Shown here piece by piece: positions 1 to 11,418 of a stretch of 64,000 nt of DNA. The translations under genes were made by a program, and so were the position numbers. Each line of letters opens with the position of its first letter. Within the stretch, counting starts at the first letter, position 1. The notes below the pieces were generated by a model that was not told the origin of the DNA, did not search any database, and was given only the letters and a program-made list of their open reading frames with translations. Origin of the DNA: Amoebophrya sp. A120 (Eukaryota > Protista > Dinoflagellata); contig CAJINV010000022.1 of NCBI GenBank assembly GCA_905178155.1, positions 798,836 through 862,835 on the forward strand, given 5' to 3'.

Positions 1-467
1 GTGTCGTTTCGTTTTTCTCAGCTCTAGTATGTACTTCGTGCTGACTGCGTCACTTTGCCGCAGTTGTTGTTGTTGTTGTTGGTGCTGTGTAGTCGTTGTT
101 CTGTTACGGGACCGCCGCCTCCTCCTCTTGGCGGCTGGTCGTGGGCAGCTGGCGCTGGTGCTGTCGTTGTTGTTGGCACGCGGCCAAATAAGCAGAACTC
201 CAAGCGAAACACCTACCATTTTTTCACCTGCAACAAGTGCAACGACTTGGATTCCCATCGTGATTTGGTGAGTAGGCGGATCCCTTCGGAACACAGAAAA
301 TAGAAGAAAGCGATAGCATGAGAGGCGTTTTTGGGGTATGTGTGTTGTGTAAATTGTGAAGGAAGCTGGCCCCCTTGCTTGAATTGCGAAACACGAAAAG
401 CGAAAAAAATGCAAAGCCTATCCCTAACATAATTAATATACTAAGCAAAGAGAAGGGGGAGGCGGCT

Positions 468-820
468 CCCGAAATGCGAAACGCGAAAAGCGAAAAAGAA
501 AAGGGCCCCAAGACAATGAACAGAGTAAGCAGAGAAAAAGCGGAAGCGACCCACGAAAAGCGAAGCGCGAAAAGCGAAGAAAGCGACCGGGGAAATCATT
601 AGCGAGGGAGATAGAGAGAAACGAAAGCCGCCCCCGAAATGCGAAACGCGAAAAGCGAAAAAGAAAAGGGCCCCAAGACAATGAACAGAGTAAGCAGAGA
701 AAAAGCGGAAGCGACCCACGAAAAGCGAAGCGCGAAAAGCGAAGAAAGCGACCGGGGAAATCATTAGCGAGGGAGATAGAGAGAAACGAAAGCCGCCCCC
801 GAAATGCGAAACGCGAAAAA
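468..820 (+). repeat. 165-bp tandem repeat (~2.1 copies), left subterminal array
   Basis: GAAATGCGAAACGCGAAAA recurs at 471, 636 and 801 with identical intervening sequence. Confidence 0.9.
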
Positions 821-1492
821 CGGGAGCAGCCGGCTGGCTTTGTTCCATCCACACGCAAACCCAGGCCAGTGCGGACCGCGGGCGCGTGCGCGAACGTTTT
901 CAGGGGCCGGATTTTGCTCCGCGGGCGCCTCGCGGAGGGCGTCTGAAACGCATGCGGGCAAGACCGCCCCCTGCTTACTAACTTGGGCAAAAATATCACT
1001 CCTATGGGAAGCCTCCTCGCGTATGCGCCCGCTTGTCTTCAGACTTGGCTTCCTGCGTGGGCGCGCGTGCTGGAACATCTAGCGCGGCAATGGCTCAAAA
1101 TCTAGGATGAGAGGATAGGGCCTAGCTACCTCTACGCAAAGAATGCGAGCGCGACTAGGACCCGGACCAATGTGCGGGGCGGATCTATACCTGTCGGAAA
1201 GATATTGAGTGGGGTATATAGCGCAAATGCATCGCGATGTCGACACACCTACAGCACGGAGAAGACGAAGCGGGTTGAAAGCTTCTACCGCTGCTGACCG
1301 AAGCCATGCGCCGACCTTGGCCCCCCGGGGCGCAGATGGTTTGGGTTAGCAGCGCAAGGGCCTCCGCTCATGGCCCTCCCCTTTCATCATTTCCAAGCAC
1401 AACGAAGCGCAGGGGCTTGCGTGTTTCCTTCTGTTGGATGGTGAGAAGGCTGCGCGCGTTTACTTTCTCGAGCCACGCGCGGCCTTCTCGAC

Positions 1493-2104
1493 CTCCTTCG
1501 ATCTCGCTCAGAGAAGGGCTAGCGCTGTTGCCCTGGCCACGGTAGCGCTAACTTTGCGACGCCACCGCTTCGCTTCGAGCACGATGGCGCCCAGGGCAGG
1601 CCCCTCATCTATTGACGAGGGGCCTGCGCTCTTTTCTTTGAACCACGAGCAGGCTCTCTTCTCATCTAATTCGTTTGCGCTTTTAGATGGGGTTGCTTGC
1701 TGCGGTGGACAAGGTCGCCGGCTTCTCGTCATTTTCCCAGCGCGCTGACTCGCATGGATTTGCTTCCATTGGTGGAGAAGAACGCGCGCGCTTTCGTTCG
1801 TCGATCTCCTTCGATCTCGCTCAAAGAAGGGCTAGGCCTGTTGCCATGGGCAAGGCAGCGCTAACTTTGCGGCGCCACCGCTTTCGAGCACGATGGCGCC
1901 AAGGGCAGGCCCCTCATCTATTGACGAGGGGCCTGCGCTCTTTTCTTCGAACCACGAGCAGGCTCTCTACTCATCTAATTCGCTTGCGCTTATAGATGGG
2001 GCTGCTTGTTGCGGTGGACAAGGTCGCCCCCTTCTCGTCATTTTTCTTGCGCGCTAATTCGCGCGGATTTGCTTCCATTGGTGGAGAAGAACGCGCGCGC
2101 TTTC
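1493..2104 (+). repeat. ~313-bp diverged direct duplication
   Basis: CTCCTTCGATCTCGCTCA...GGTGGAGAAGAACGCGCGCGCTTTC starts at 1493 and again at 1806. Confidence 0.85.
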
Positions 2105-3048
2105 ATTCTCGAGCCACGAGCGAGCCACCAGCGCCAGCCTGATGCACTTCGTTGGCGCTGGTGGGCGGGGTTAGTTTCTTTGTTGCTATGGCCCGGATCT
2201 TCCCGCGAAGCTGCCCGCGCGGTTTTGTGCTGCCGCTCGCGCCTCGAACACGGTGGGGGGCCTGGCGCCGTCCGACGGCTCTCCGAGGCGCCCATCGCTG
2301 CGCCCTGCTACAGTGGTGCGCCAGCCGGGAAGCTTCTCGCGATATTCATGGCGTGACACACACACACACGCACACAAACAGAAGCGCCCTCGCATGAGTG
2401 CCCAACTTTTTCGCCTCCGGCCTACGCTGCAGGGTGCCAGCCCCCTCTGGGGCTGCGGCTGGTGCGACCGGCCAAGGGCCCGCCGCGCCATTTTGCAGGC
2501 GCGGCACGGGCCAAACGCTGCGACTGGGATCCATGCCTCCGCTTTCCGCGCGCTCTCCCGGCCTCTCGCCCGGCCAAAAGTAAGACCGACGGGCGGGAGG
2601 GTGGTCAGCGTCGGTCTGCTGTGCGTGGGCGTACGTGCGAGCCGCGTGCCGGGCGACAATATCAAAACCAAGAGCCAACCCCCCCGGCCCCCGGCCTCTT
2701 AGAACTGGACGCACGCGGCTCCATGCGCATAAATGCGAAAGCTCGCGTATGTTGCTAGGTAGTGCGGGGGGGAGGGGGGGCCAGCGGAACCAACGCTCAA
2801 AGCGGAGCGGCGCCAATGTCTCTACTTAGTAAGGGACGAGGGGCCTGCCTTCTTTTCTCGCCGCTTTTCGCGCTTGGCATTCGGAGGCGCTTCCGCTTTG
2901 TTTTCTCTCTTCTTACTCTACTCACCATCATGGAACCCGCCCCGGCCGCTTTGTTGTTTTTCGCGTTTCGCGCCTCGGAGGCACTTCCGCTGTCCCTCTT
3001 TCTACGCTACTGATTAGCCACGGCGCCGCTTTGGCATTGGCTTGGCGC

Positions 3049-3345
3049 TTTTCGCGTTTCGCATTTCGGAGGCGCTTCCACTCTCTCTCTCTCTCCCTCT
3101 CTTCTTCCTACTCTATTAACTCTCCACGGCCCCCCTTTGGTTTTTCGCGTTTCGCATTTCGGAGGCGCTTCCACTCTCTCTCTCTCTCCCTCTCTTCTTC
3201 CTACTCTATTAACTCTCCACGGCCCCCCTTTGGTTTTTCGCGTTTCGCATTTCGGAGGCGCCTCCGCTCTCTCTTTTCTTACTCTCCTGGCTCTCTACTG
3301 CCCTCCCTTGGTTTTTCGCTTTTCGTGTTTCGCATTTCGGAAGCG
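3049..3345 (+). repeat. 93-bp tandem repeat, right subterminal array
   Basis: TTTTCGCGTTTCGCATTTCGGAGGCG at 3049, 3142 and 3235; it is the reverse complement of the left-array motif. Confidence 0.9.
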
Positions 3346-4758
3346 CTTCCGCCTTCTCTATACTTAACTGGACAGATCTGCAATCCCTTCTAGGAAATTA
3401 GGTGAATCACGGTGGTGCTCTGCTTATTTGGCCTCCTCCCTTGTTGTTGTTTCCTGCTGTTGTGTGGACGAGCGGGATCTCGGCCGCGCTGCAGTTGTGC
3501 ACCTTGTTCTCCATCGTAGGTGAATACGAGGAGATCAGGTGGCTCTCTACCGCGCGCATGCTCGCGATCAGGCCGATTCGGATCACCATGAAGAACAACC
3601 GGCGGGCCCCATGGAACTTGTTTCGCTTTTTCCAGTTCTCATGGTGCTCGGTCCAGCGCTCCACCGGATGACGGAAAGTCGACCCAATGTAAAACCGCCA
3701 GGAGTTGTCGTACACGACATACACAACCAACCCCCTGCGTTTTGTCGTCCGCGTTTTTCGTGTCGGCAGCGCTGCGTTGGAGCTCCCGAAGGGTCTCCGG
3801 TTGGCGCTGTTCTGCCTCGACGAGGCGCAGGATGCGGGCGGCCTTCTTTTTTCCTGCCTCAGCGAACTGAAGCAATCGCGCGACCGCGTTGTTGGTCCAT
3901 TGCAAGAACTTCGCGCGCCTCCGCGCGTTCTTGTGCTTCGCCATGCTGCTCGTGTCGTCGCTGTTTATGCTCGGGGCGCCGTAAGATGTATTTCAATCCC
4001 GGAAGTGCCTGCGAGCTTGTCTACGACAGTGTTAGAATCTCAGCCACTCATTGAGCGATTTTTCGATCCCGGAACAACACCGCGAAAAGAAACTTATGCA
4101 TCTGCAGTTGTCGAAAGAAGGATTTGATTTTTTTTTTTTGTTTTTGGTTTTTTCGTTTTTCCTGTGCTGATGTGAAGACGTTGAGAGCTGTCGGAACGGT
4201 TCAATCTACATCAATTTTTGGTCGATGCACTGCCCTACCGTGAGCTACTTTAAGCGGCAGACCTTCTTCATCTCAGCTTCGCAAAACCTCAAAACCCTAT
4301 TTCGATTGTGCGATGTTGTTTTTTGTTTCTCTGACATCAGAATTCTTTTTTGTTAGCAAACGTGAAGATTGTATTTGTAATGCGAAACAGCAACTTTTTC
4401 CAAAAATACAACCACGTGAAAGATGGAGAGAAGACAAATAACAAAATAATAATAAAGCAAAATAGAACCGTAGAACGTTGACACTGTGTTGCTGCGGACC
4501 CAAAGATGATTTTTCGACTGCGTCGTCGATGAACATCAGTTTTTAATTTTTTCAAAAAATTGCTTTTGTCTTGCAAATTCGATGCACTTTGGCATCTTGG
4601 TACAGCAGAGCTCTTTTTTCCTCTTCGCCATCATCTTCTTTCACCACCATTACAAATTCCACACCCGGCATGTGTGGGCAGTTATGCTTATTTTTGATCA
4701 GGCAAAGGAAGAACGGTTCCTCATTCTTTGGAAATTGGCACACTCCACCTCTTCTCGA

Positions 4759-5087
4759 TATCGTAAGGGAAAATCCCCCCTCCCCATATTGAAAAGGTAG
4801 ATCTCAGAAAATTTGCAATGCTGATTTGCGACCTCAAATCGTCTCTGTCTTGCAAGAACGCAACTCCACAGTCTCCGCCGCATCCTGCAGGCGGTTTGTG
4901 ATGCTGGTGGCCCTACAGACTAGACGTTTGCCATGCTCAGCGCCTACTTAGCCCAAAACATCTCTACTCAGTCTTGGCATGGGCCTGCAGTCCTCTCCAG
5001 CAAGATAAATCTGATAGATTTGTGTACCCAAATCCAGCATCAGAAGCCTCGTTTTGATATGGGGAGGGGGGATTTTTTCTTTTGATA
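4759..5087. mobile_element. Introner/MITE family B (GGAAAAATCCCCCCTCCCCATAT TIR)
   Basis: TATC...GATA ends, DR CTCGA/CTCGA. Host transcript not resolved. Confidence 0.85.
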
Positions 5088-5720
5088 CTCGACCTACAAA
5101 AGCACAAAAGGTTCGAAAAGTGTCTCTTTAAGTTTACTGAGGGCTTTCTAGACTGTCAAGGTACCACTACTTCGCCGCACAACCTAGAAAAAGCAAGAAA
5201 TAGAAGAAAAAGCTTCTACCAGGAGACTAGCCGATAGATAAAAGCTAAAGTAGTATTATTGATAGTGCAATAGCACCATCGCAGCGAGAAGAAAAACGCA
5301 CCTAGAGAAGTAAGACGCACCAGCGTGATTTAATACCGCCCTATCGGTGCAGGTGGTGGAATTTACTTTCTTGCAATAGTGCCACGAGCATTAATAGGAA
5401 TGAGTACTATCTCTTTTTACGCCAACTGGTGACTAGCAGGAGCTGCTCGACTACTTCTACTCCAGCACTAAATTGTTATTTGAATTGTCTAAAAAAAGCA
5501 CCGATTATAGACATCGACTTTATCTGCGCGTCGAAGTAAGAAAGATACCTCACAGCTCGGTGCGGCCTTCTGACACCAAGTGTTTCAGTTTCTACATTAT
5601 ACTTCTGTCCCGGGATAATTTTACATCGAGTTTGCGAAAAAACAGCGCGCACCCAGAAGCACGGTACTAGGTGAGAAAGAAGAGGCGAACACTGGCAGTG
5701 CATATTTTTGCAACGAAAAA

Positions 5721-8700
5721 ATGGCCGATCGTCGCTCCCTCCCCCTAACGCTGTCAAGCACAACATCCCCGACAATTCCGCCTTTCATCCAGCTGCTGCC
5801 AGGACATGCTATGGGGTTCTCGAGCGTGACACTCATCTGAGCATGACAAATTATCTAGCGACCGCTGAGATTCTTAGCGGTCGTTAGATAATTTGTTATG
5901 CGAAATTACCATCAGCGTCCACACACGCATAATAAAAGCGCCTTCGCATGACAAACCTCGAAAAGACCAAAGAGCATAGAGATCTGCTCCAGGTTTGACT
6001 TTTTACTGCGAGAAGTGCAAGCGCCCTCGCCTCCTTTCACTTTTGCTATTTTTGCATCTTCAGATCACGCATTCATGTGATTAGCTGAGAATGTGTTAAC
6101 GGTTGAAAATCCCATACATGCGACGCATCCTAACTATGGCTTTTCTCCCAGTGACTGCAGACCTGCCACGGACCCCTTGTATGGCGTCCCCGGAAAAGTG
6201 GAGTCGCACCGGGACCTCTTGCGGCTGCTCAAGGACAATACCTACAGGTCTTAGGGTGTTTACTTTACTTTTCGCTTTAGGTAGTTTTATTCAAACTTCC
6301 CTTTGGGATTTTTCTTTCTTTAGGTAGAAGTTTTCGCTTGTCTCTTTCAGCACTGGAATACTTTTATTTTTGTATGAACTCTCTGACTATACCTCCAGGA
6401 CCCACCCGCGTGGGTGCATTCTGTCGGCCGTAGACGGCACGGTGCTCGAAGCCCAGGAAGGGTGGATATCAAATGCAAAAATGTCTGGGTCTGGAAGATT
6501 TCGGGATTTGTGATGCATATTTTGTATGATCCATGATGCATGTAATGCATGATCTAGCATCACAGATTTTTAGAGGGCTCCCTAGTGCCTATTCCGCATG
6601 AGAAATTCCCTCTCCGCGTAACACAAACTGGACTCCTGTTGCTGGTCACGCAATACAGATTTTTTTGAAATTCAAAGACAGCATGACAAGTTGCAGTCTT
6701 CCAGACCCAGACATTTTTGCATTTGATACTGGAAGAAGCTGTACAATATTGCGGACGGGGAAGACCCATATCAAATGTGAAAATGTCTGGGTCTGGAAGC
6801 TTGTAATGCTGAGGGAGTTAGAATGTGGAGGCCACAAATGATGGTTTAGCATGACAAGTTTCTGAGCTCCCAAGTCTTGCCTATTCCGCATGACAAACTG
6901 CATTTTTGCATCACAGAAAAATAGGGCCTTTGGGTAACGCTCATGACAGACTTAAGAGTCTTGCTAGCCTAGCATGACAAACCTTGCACTTTTCCAGACC
7001 CAGACATTTTTACAATCCATAACCCAAGGGGCCGGCCAATTAAGGACGTTTGCGCGGTGCAAGCAAACGGCGGCGGCCCGCAATGGGACAACGGGCTGAG
7101 GGAGTTTCTGCAAAATCCGGCGGGGGACCGATGGGAGGGTATCCTGAGTAAAAATGTACCCACACCAGAGTCAGGATGGGGATTTTGCAACACAAACCTA
7201 GGAGTTTTGTGAGTCACGCATGACAAGTTGCACTCTGCAGTGTAGTGCAGGTTAGCAAGTGCAGCCGCATCACAGATTCATCTGCTCATCCTGTTCACAG
7301 CATCACAAATTCCAAAACACGGTTGGAAGTGGCTCTCATGCGGATGCGCATTATAAGTCTTCCTGTCTTTGCAAATATGCATTACAACTCTGGTGTGGGT
7401 ACGTTTTTACTCAGGATAGAGGGCGTTCCGGTGTCTATCACATCAAACGGGGAGATCAAGACCGTCTATGTCCGCCGGCCTCTTTATGCAGGCGTCAGGT
7501 TTGAAATGGACAAAGTTGAAATGATGATTTGTCATTCATAAAATGCAAGGCATGAAGTGCCTGCCTTGCCGGAACAGCAAGTGAGGCCAATTCCGAGCCT
7601 GTTTGATGGGGTTTGAAATATATAGAGCTGCTAAAGTAGCATGACAAAAGCAGTCTTTTGTCCCCCAAACAGCATAGCACATTGGACTCCGGTCTTGAAA
7701 AACCCTAAACCCTAAATTTGTCATGCAACCCCTGATAAGTGGGCTTTCGAGTGGTGTCGGTTGTATGCATGACAAACTATTTCAACTTTGACGATTTCGG
7801 TCCTGACACTCCCATACTTTGGTGTTCGAGCTCAAAAATGGTCCGCCGGGGCTGAACGAACAGTGGGAGATGCAAACGCTCGGTGTATTCTGAGTAAAAA
7901 CGCTCCCACCCCAGAGTTGTCATGCAAATCTGCATGCCAAAAAAGTTCCCCATGCCGAACCCCATGAGAAGCATTCTCTAGTCGTGTTTGGGAATTTGGG
8001 ATGCTAGAATCAGCATGATATGCATATCTGTGATGCCTTTGAACTAGCTAAACAGGATTACGCTACGAGGACAAACTTGTCATGCGAAACAACCAAAGCT
8101 GGTGGATTTGTATAAAGCAGATTTATTCGCATCTTGACTGTAGTGTGGGTCTGACGTTTTTCCTCAGGATACGGTGATGGGGAGACTTTGCTGTTTCGGA
8201 ATCAACGCGTGCTGCCAGTGGGGCACCCGAAGTTTGCGGAGGGTGCGCAGATGGCGATCAAGCTCTCGGTCCTGACCGCGCGAGACCCCTTCGGCACACA
8301 GCCACTGGATTTTTTTCTCGAGCCGTATCAAATGTAAAAATGTCTGGGTCTGGAAGAATTCATGTTTGTCATGCTTGTCTGGCATGACTCTTAAATCTGT
8401 CATGCACGTTACCCAAGAGCTCCGTTTTTCTGTGATGCAGAAGGGCAGTTTGTCATATGCAGAATAGGTAACACCTAGGAGCTCAGAAACTTGTCATGCT
8501 GAGCCAGCATTTGTAGCCTCATCATGAGACGCCAACCAGCATCACAAGTTTCCAGACATCCAGGGATTTTTACTTTTGATAAGCCGATCCCCAGCACGAT
8601 CGCGGTGGCCAGTCCACCGCTCTGTATCCTGAGTAAAAACGTACCCACCCCAGAGCTGTAATGCAAATTTGCAAAGACAGGAAGACTTGTAATGCGCATC

Positions 8701-10651
8701 CCCATGAGAGCCATTTCCAATTGTGTTTTGGAATTTGTGATGCTGTGAACAGGATGAGCAGATGAATCTGTGACGCGGCTGCACTTGCTACCCTGCACTA
8801 CACTGCATAGCGCAACTTGTCATGCGTGACTCACAAAACTCCTGGGTTTGTGTTGCAAAATCCCCATCCTGACTCTGGTGTGGGTACGTTTTCACTCAGG
8901 ATACTCTACGTCGAAAATTTACTGTACCGCGAGTCCTTCTATGCATTGCAAAAGTATCATCGTACTTGTAGTAAAATTGCAATCATGCAGGACTAATCTA
9001 ATCGCACTTCGCATGACAAAGAGATTTTATTTGTCATTTTAAGCTAGTTTTTTGCAATGTAAAAATCACCACCAGTACGCTCATACTTTTTCCTTTCATA
9101 CCTTCCTGTGCAATCCTATGGAATTAATCTCAAACCTTACATTATCAGCTGCTATATGACTTGTTATGCAAAATTACCGTCAAGATCTACATGATCAAGC
9201 TGCTTCGCATGACAAGTTCTACAAGAGACAAACAGCATGGAAATCCATGCCAAATCTGTAGTGCGGCGGGTGCAACAACCTTCCCCTTTTCCTTTCGCTT
9301 CTCTTGCATATACAAATTCATGTAACAGTTGAGAATGTAACGTGGGACGAGAACTGCATAAACGTCGACTGGCACACGGCCGTGCTGGCGAATACTATCC
9401 TCGATTTACGCCGCCAGGGCCGCTTGGTAAGTCTTCCATTTTGCTGGTTTTAGGTCGTCTTTATTTGCTGTCCCGACCGCCCCAGGTCGGTGTGAACAGA
9501 ACATCTTCATGACTTTATTCGTTTTGTCTATGTGGTGGACCTTTCGTGATGTCCACCGTAATCAAGAATTCGGTTGTGATTAGCAAGACAAAGAAATAAG
9601 TGGCTAGATTCTACCGAAGCCCCCATCTTTGCCGCTAGGTTCCAGCAATAGCATCACAAATTGGCCAAAGGATCAACCTAACGATCAAAACCACCAGCAA
9701 GATCAACCAGCAAGATCAACCAGCAAGATCAACCAGCAAGATCAATCAATACATATTTGACAATCAAGAGCAGTAGCCTTTCTTCCAAGAATAGTACTTA
9801 TGTTTATGTGGTGAGGTCTTCACTACGGACGCTATAGAAGTCTGGCGGATTTTATTTTGGAAACCGGTAAATAAAACACAAGAATAACATCGACAGGCGA
9901 GGGGCAATGCGATGTCGATGGTCACGCGTCCGAACGCCGGCTATCCAATGCAAAAATGTCTGGGTCTGGAACAAAGCAACTTGTCATGCTAAATCTGAAT
10001 CATGTAAAAATCTGTGTTGCATGATTACCAAAAGCTGTCCACTTTTGACTTGAGCAAGAGGCAGTTTCTCATGCAGGATACGCATGATAGAACTCTCACC
10101 GAATCTGTCATGCGAGGTCCCGCATTCCAGACCTCATGGGTCATGGAAAACCTGCATGACAAGTCTGGCATTCTTCCAGACATCCAGGGATTTTTGCAAT
10201 CCATACCGGCGTCCTCGCTACAATTGCTGAAGAGGATGCGTCGACTATGGAGAGGAAAAATCCCCCCTCCCCATATTGAAAAGGTATGTTTCCGAAAATT
10301 TGTGTTGCTGATTTGAGGGCACAAATCACATCTGTCTTGCAAGAAGACAAGGGCAGAAGCTTCCTTCCCATTGTGGAAGCGATTTGTCATGCTGTTGGGC
10401 CTAAAGGTCAGCCGTTTGCCATGCTGAGCAACTAGGCCCATACGCCCCTACCTAGCCTGGGGCTCTGGCCGCAATGCCTCTCTGCAATACAAAGCTGATT
10501 TGTGTACACAAATATAGCATCAGAAATTCCGTTTTGATATGGAAAGGGGGGACTTTTCCTTTCGATATCGACCGTGGCGCCAGACCACGGGATGAATAGC
10601 GATTACTTCGATGATACGCCGGGCGGCAACTACAACAGTCCAATGTACTAG
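5721..10651 (+). CDS. Hypothetical ~350-aa protein in 15 exons (12 introners plus 2 GT-AG introns)
   Basis: Exons 5721-5809, 6122-6247, 6351-6466, 6734-6768, 7027-7139, 7424-7484, 7822-7885, 8177-8325, 8587-8624, 8909-8939, 9106-9116, 9366-9426, 9897-9941, 10211-10245, 10573-10651 sum to 1053 nt. They read without an internal stop: MADRRSLPLTL...GWKKLYNIADGEDPRGRP...GGNYNSPMY*. Canonical introns at 6248-6350 and 9427-9896. Function not recognised. Confidence 0.85.
5810..6116. mobile_element. Introner family E
   Basis: TATGGGG...CCCATA, DR CATGC/CATGC. Confidence 0.85.
6467..6728. mobile_element. Introner family A (AAATGTCTGGGTCTGGAA TIR)
   Basis: ~30-bp TIR TATCAAATGCAAAAATGTCTGGGTCTGGAAG, DR GTGGA/CTGGA. 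Confidence 0.9.
6769..7021. mobile_element. Introner family A
   Basis: TATC...CATA, DR ACCCA/ACCCA. Confidence 0.9.
7140..7418. mobile_element. Introner family C (TATCCTGAGTAAAAA TIR)
   Basis: DR GAGGG/GAGGG; near reverse-complement copy of 8625-8903. Confidence 0.9.
7485..7816. mobile_element. Introner, singleton family G
   Basis: TATG...CATA, long imperfect TIR (GTCAGG...CAAAGTTGAAAT). Degenerate DR CTCTT/CTTTG; frame restored by removing the element plus 5 nt. Confidence 0.8.
7886..8171. mobile_element. Introner family C
   Basis: TATTCTGAG...CTCAGGATA, DR CGGTG/CGGTG. Confidence 0.9.
8326..8581. mobile_element. Introner family A
   Basis: DR AGCCG/AGCCG; opposite orientation to 6769-7021. 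Confidence 0.9.
8625..8903. mobile_element. Introner family C
   Basis: DR CTCTG/CTCTA. Confidence 0.9.
8940..9100. mobile_element. Introner family D (GCAAAAGTATCGTACTCGTA TIR), diverged
   Basis: TATG...CATA, DR CCTTC/CCTTC. Confidence 0.8.
9117..9360. mobile_element. Introner family E, diverged
   Basis: TATGG...GAGAATGTAACG...GCATA. DR decayed (AATCC/AACGT) but frame restored. Confidence 0.7.
9694..9745 (+). repeat. 13-bp minisatellite (CCAGCAAGATCAA)x4 in a canonical intron
   Basis: Visible tandem copies. Confidence 0.85.
9942..10205. mobile_element. Introner family A
   Basis: DR CCGGC/CCGGC. Confidence 0.9.
10246..10567. mobile_element. Introner family B
   Basis: DR TCGAC/TCGAC. Confidence 0.9.
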
Positions 10652-10793
10652 ACGATGCACAGCAAGTCAGAAGCTGACGAGGGAAGTAGTATTAAAGCAG
10701 ATATAGAACAAAAGAGAACCCGAATTAGTCCTCTACTTCAAGAAATGTCTACTGAGCTAAGGTTACTTTCGGACAAGATCGGAGACGAGGCGA

Positions 10794-11114
10794 TATTGTA
10801 AGGAAAAATCCCCCCTCCCCATATCGAAAAGGCACGGCCCAGAAAATTTATCATGCTGATTTGTGACCTCAAATCGTCTCTGTCTTGCAAGAACGCAACC
10901 GCGCAGGCTCTGCCGCACTCTGTTGGCGGTTTGTGATGCTGTTGGCCCTACAGACTACACGTTTGCCATGCTCAGCGCCTAGCTCAAAGCTTCCCACTTC
11001 GGGCTTAGTATAAGCCTGCCGCACTCTCCAGCAAGACAAATCGGATTTGTGTACGCAAATCCAGCATCAGAAACTTCGTTTTGATATGGGGAGGGGGGAT
11101 TTTTCCTTTTGATA
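10794..11114. mobile_element. Introner/MITE family B, downstream of the stop codon
   Basis: DR GGCGA/GGCGA; close copy of 4759-5087. Confidence 0.9.
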
Positions 11115-11175
11115 GGCGAACTGCGTGCGTCATTCAACCTGTTTCATCCAGGAACAAAAATTTGGTTTCTTTCAT

Positions 11176-11418
11176 TATGGCCTTCTCAAATGTTACATTC
11201 TCAACTGTTGCGTGAATTGTGATGCAATTTTAGGAAAAGCTAAAGCAAAAGAAGGGAGCTTGCGCCTCTCGCATTACAAAATAATTAGCACAGATTTCAA
11301 TGCTGTTTAGCCTTTCAAAAGATTGTCGTGCGCAGTAGCTTCATCGTGTGGATGCTGATGTGCATTTTGCATGACAAATCATGTGACAGTTGAGAATGTA
11401 ACGCTTGAGAGCCCCATA
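11176..11418. mobile_element. Introner/MITE family E
   Basis: TATGGCCTTCTCAAATGTTACATTCTCAACTG / CAGTTGAGAATGTAACGCTTGAGAGCCCCATA, DR TTCAT/TTCTA. Confidence 0.8.

Larger units (their letters stand above)
186..3429. mobile_element. Non-autonomous TIR DNA transposon-like insertion (3,244 bp)
   Basis: GGCCAAATAAGCAGA at 182-196 and its reverse complement ending at 3433. GGCC flanks both sides. Subterminal CGAAATGCGAAACGCGAAAA arrays face each other (~385-820 vs ~2860-3345). No convincing internal CDS. Confidence 0.8.
24..3944 (-). pseudogene. GIY-YIG endonuclease gene, disrupted by a 4-bp duplication and a 3.2-kb insertion
   Basis: ORF 3407-3730 reads VVYVVYDNSWRFYIGSTFRHPVERWTEH...AVESHLISSYSPTMEN, matching the GIY-YIG pattern (xxY, YIG.T, R..EH, E..LI...P..N). 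Removing one AACC at 3725-3732 fuses it to ORF 3639-3944 and gives TQGVVY. Removing 186-3429 plus one GGCC fuses it in frame to ORF 24-212 (NNNKGGG|RVPTTTT). Confidence 0.75.

Noticed and set aside
5810-10567. CRISPR-like repeat/spacer organisation
   Set aside because: The repeats are 150-330-bp TIR elements with flanking DRs, the spacers are in-frame exons, no cas genes are visible and the context is eukaryotic.
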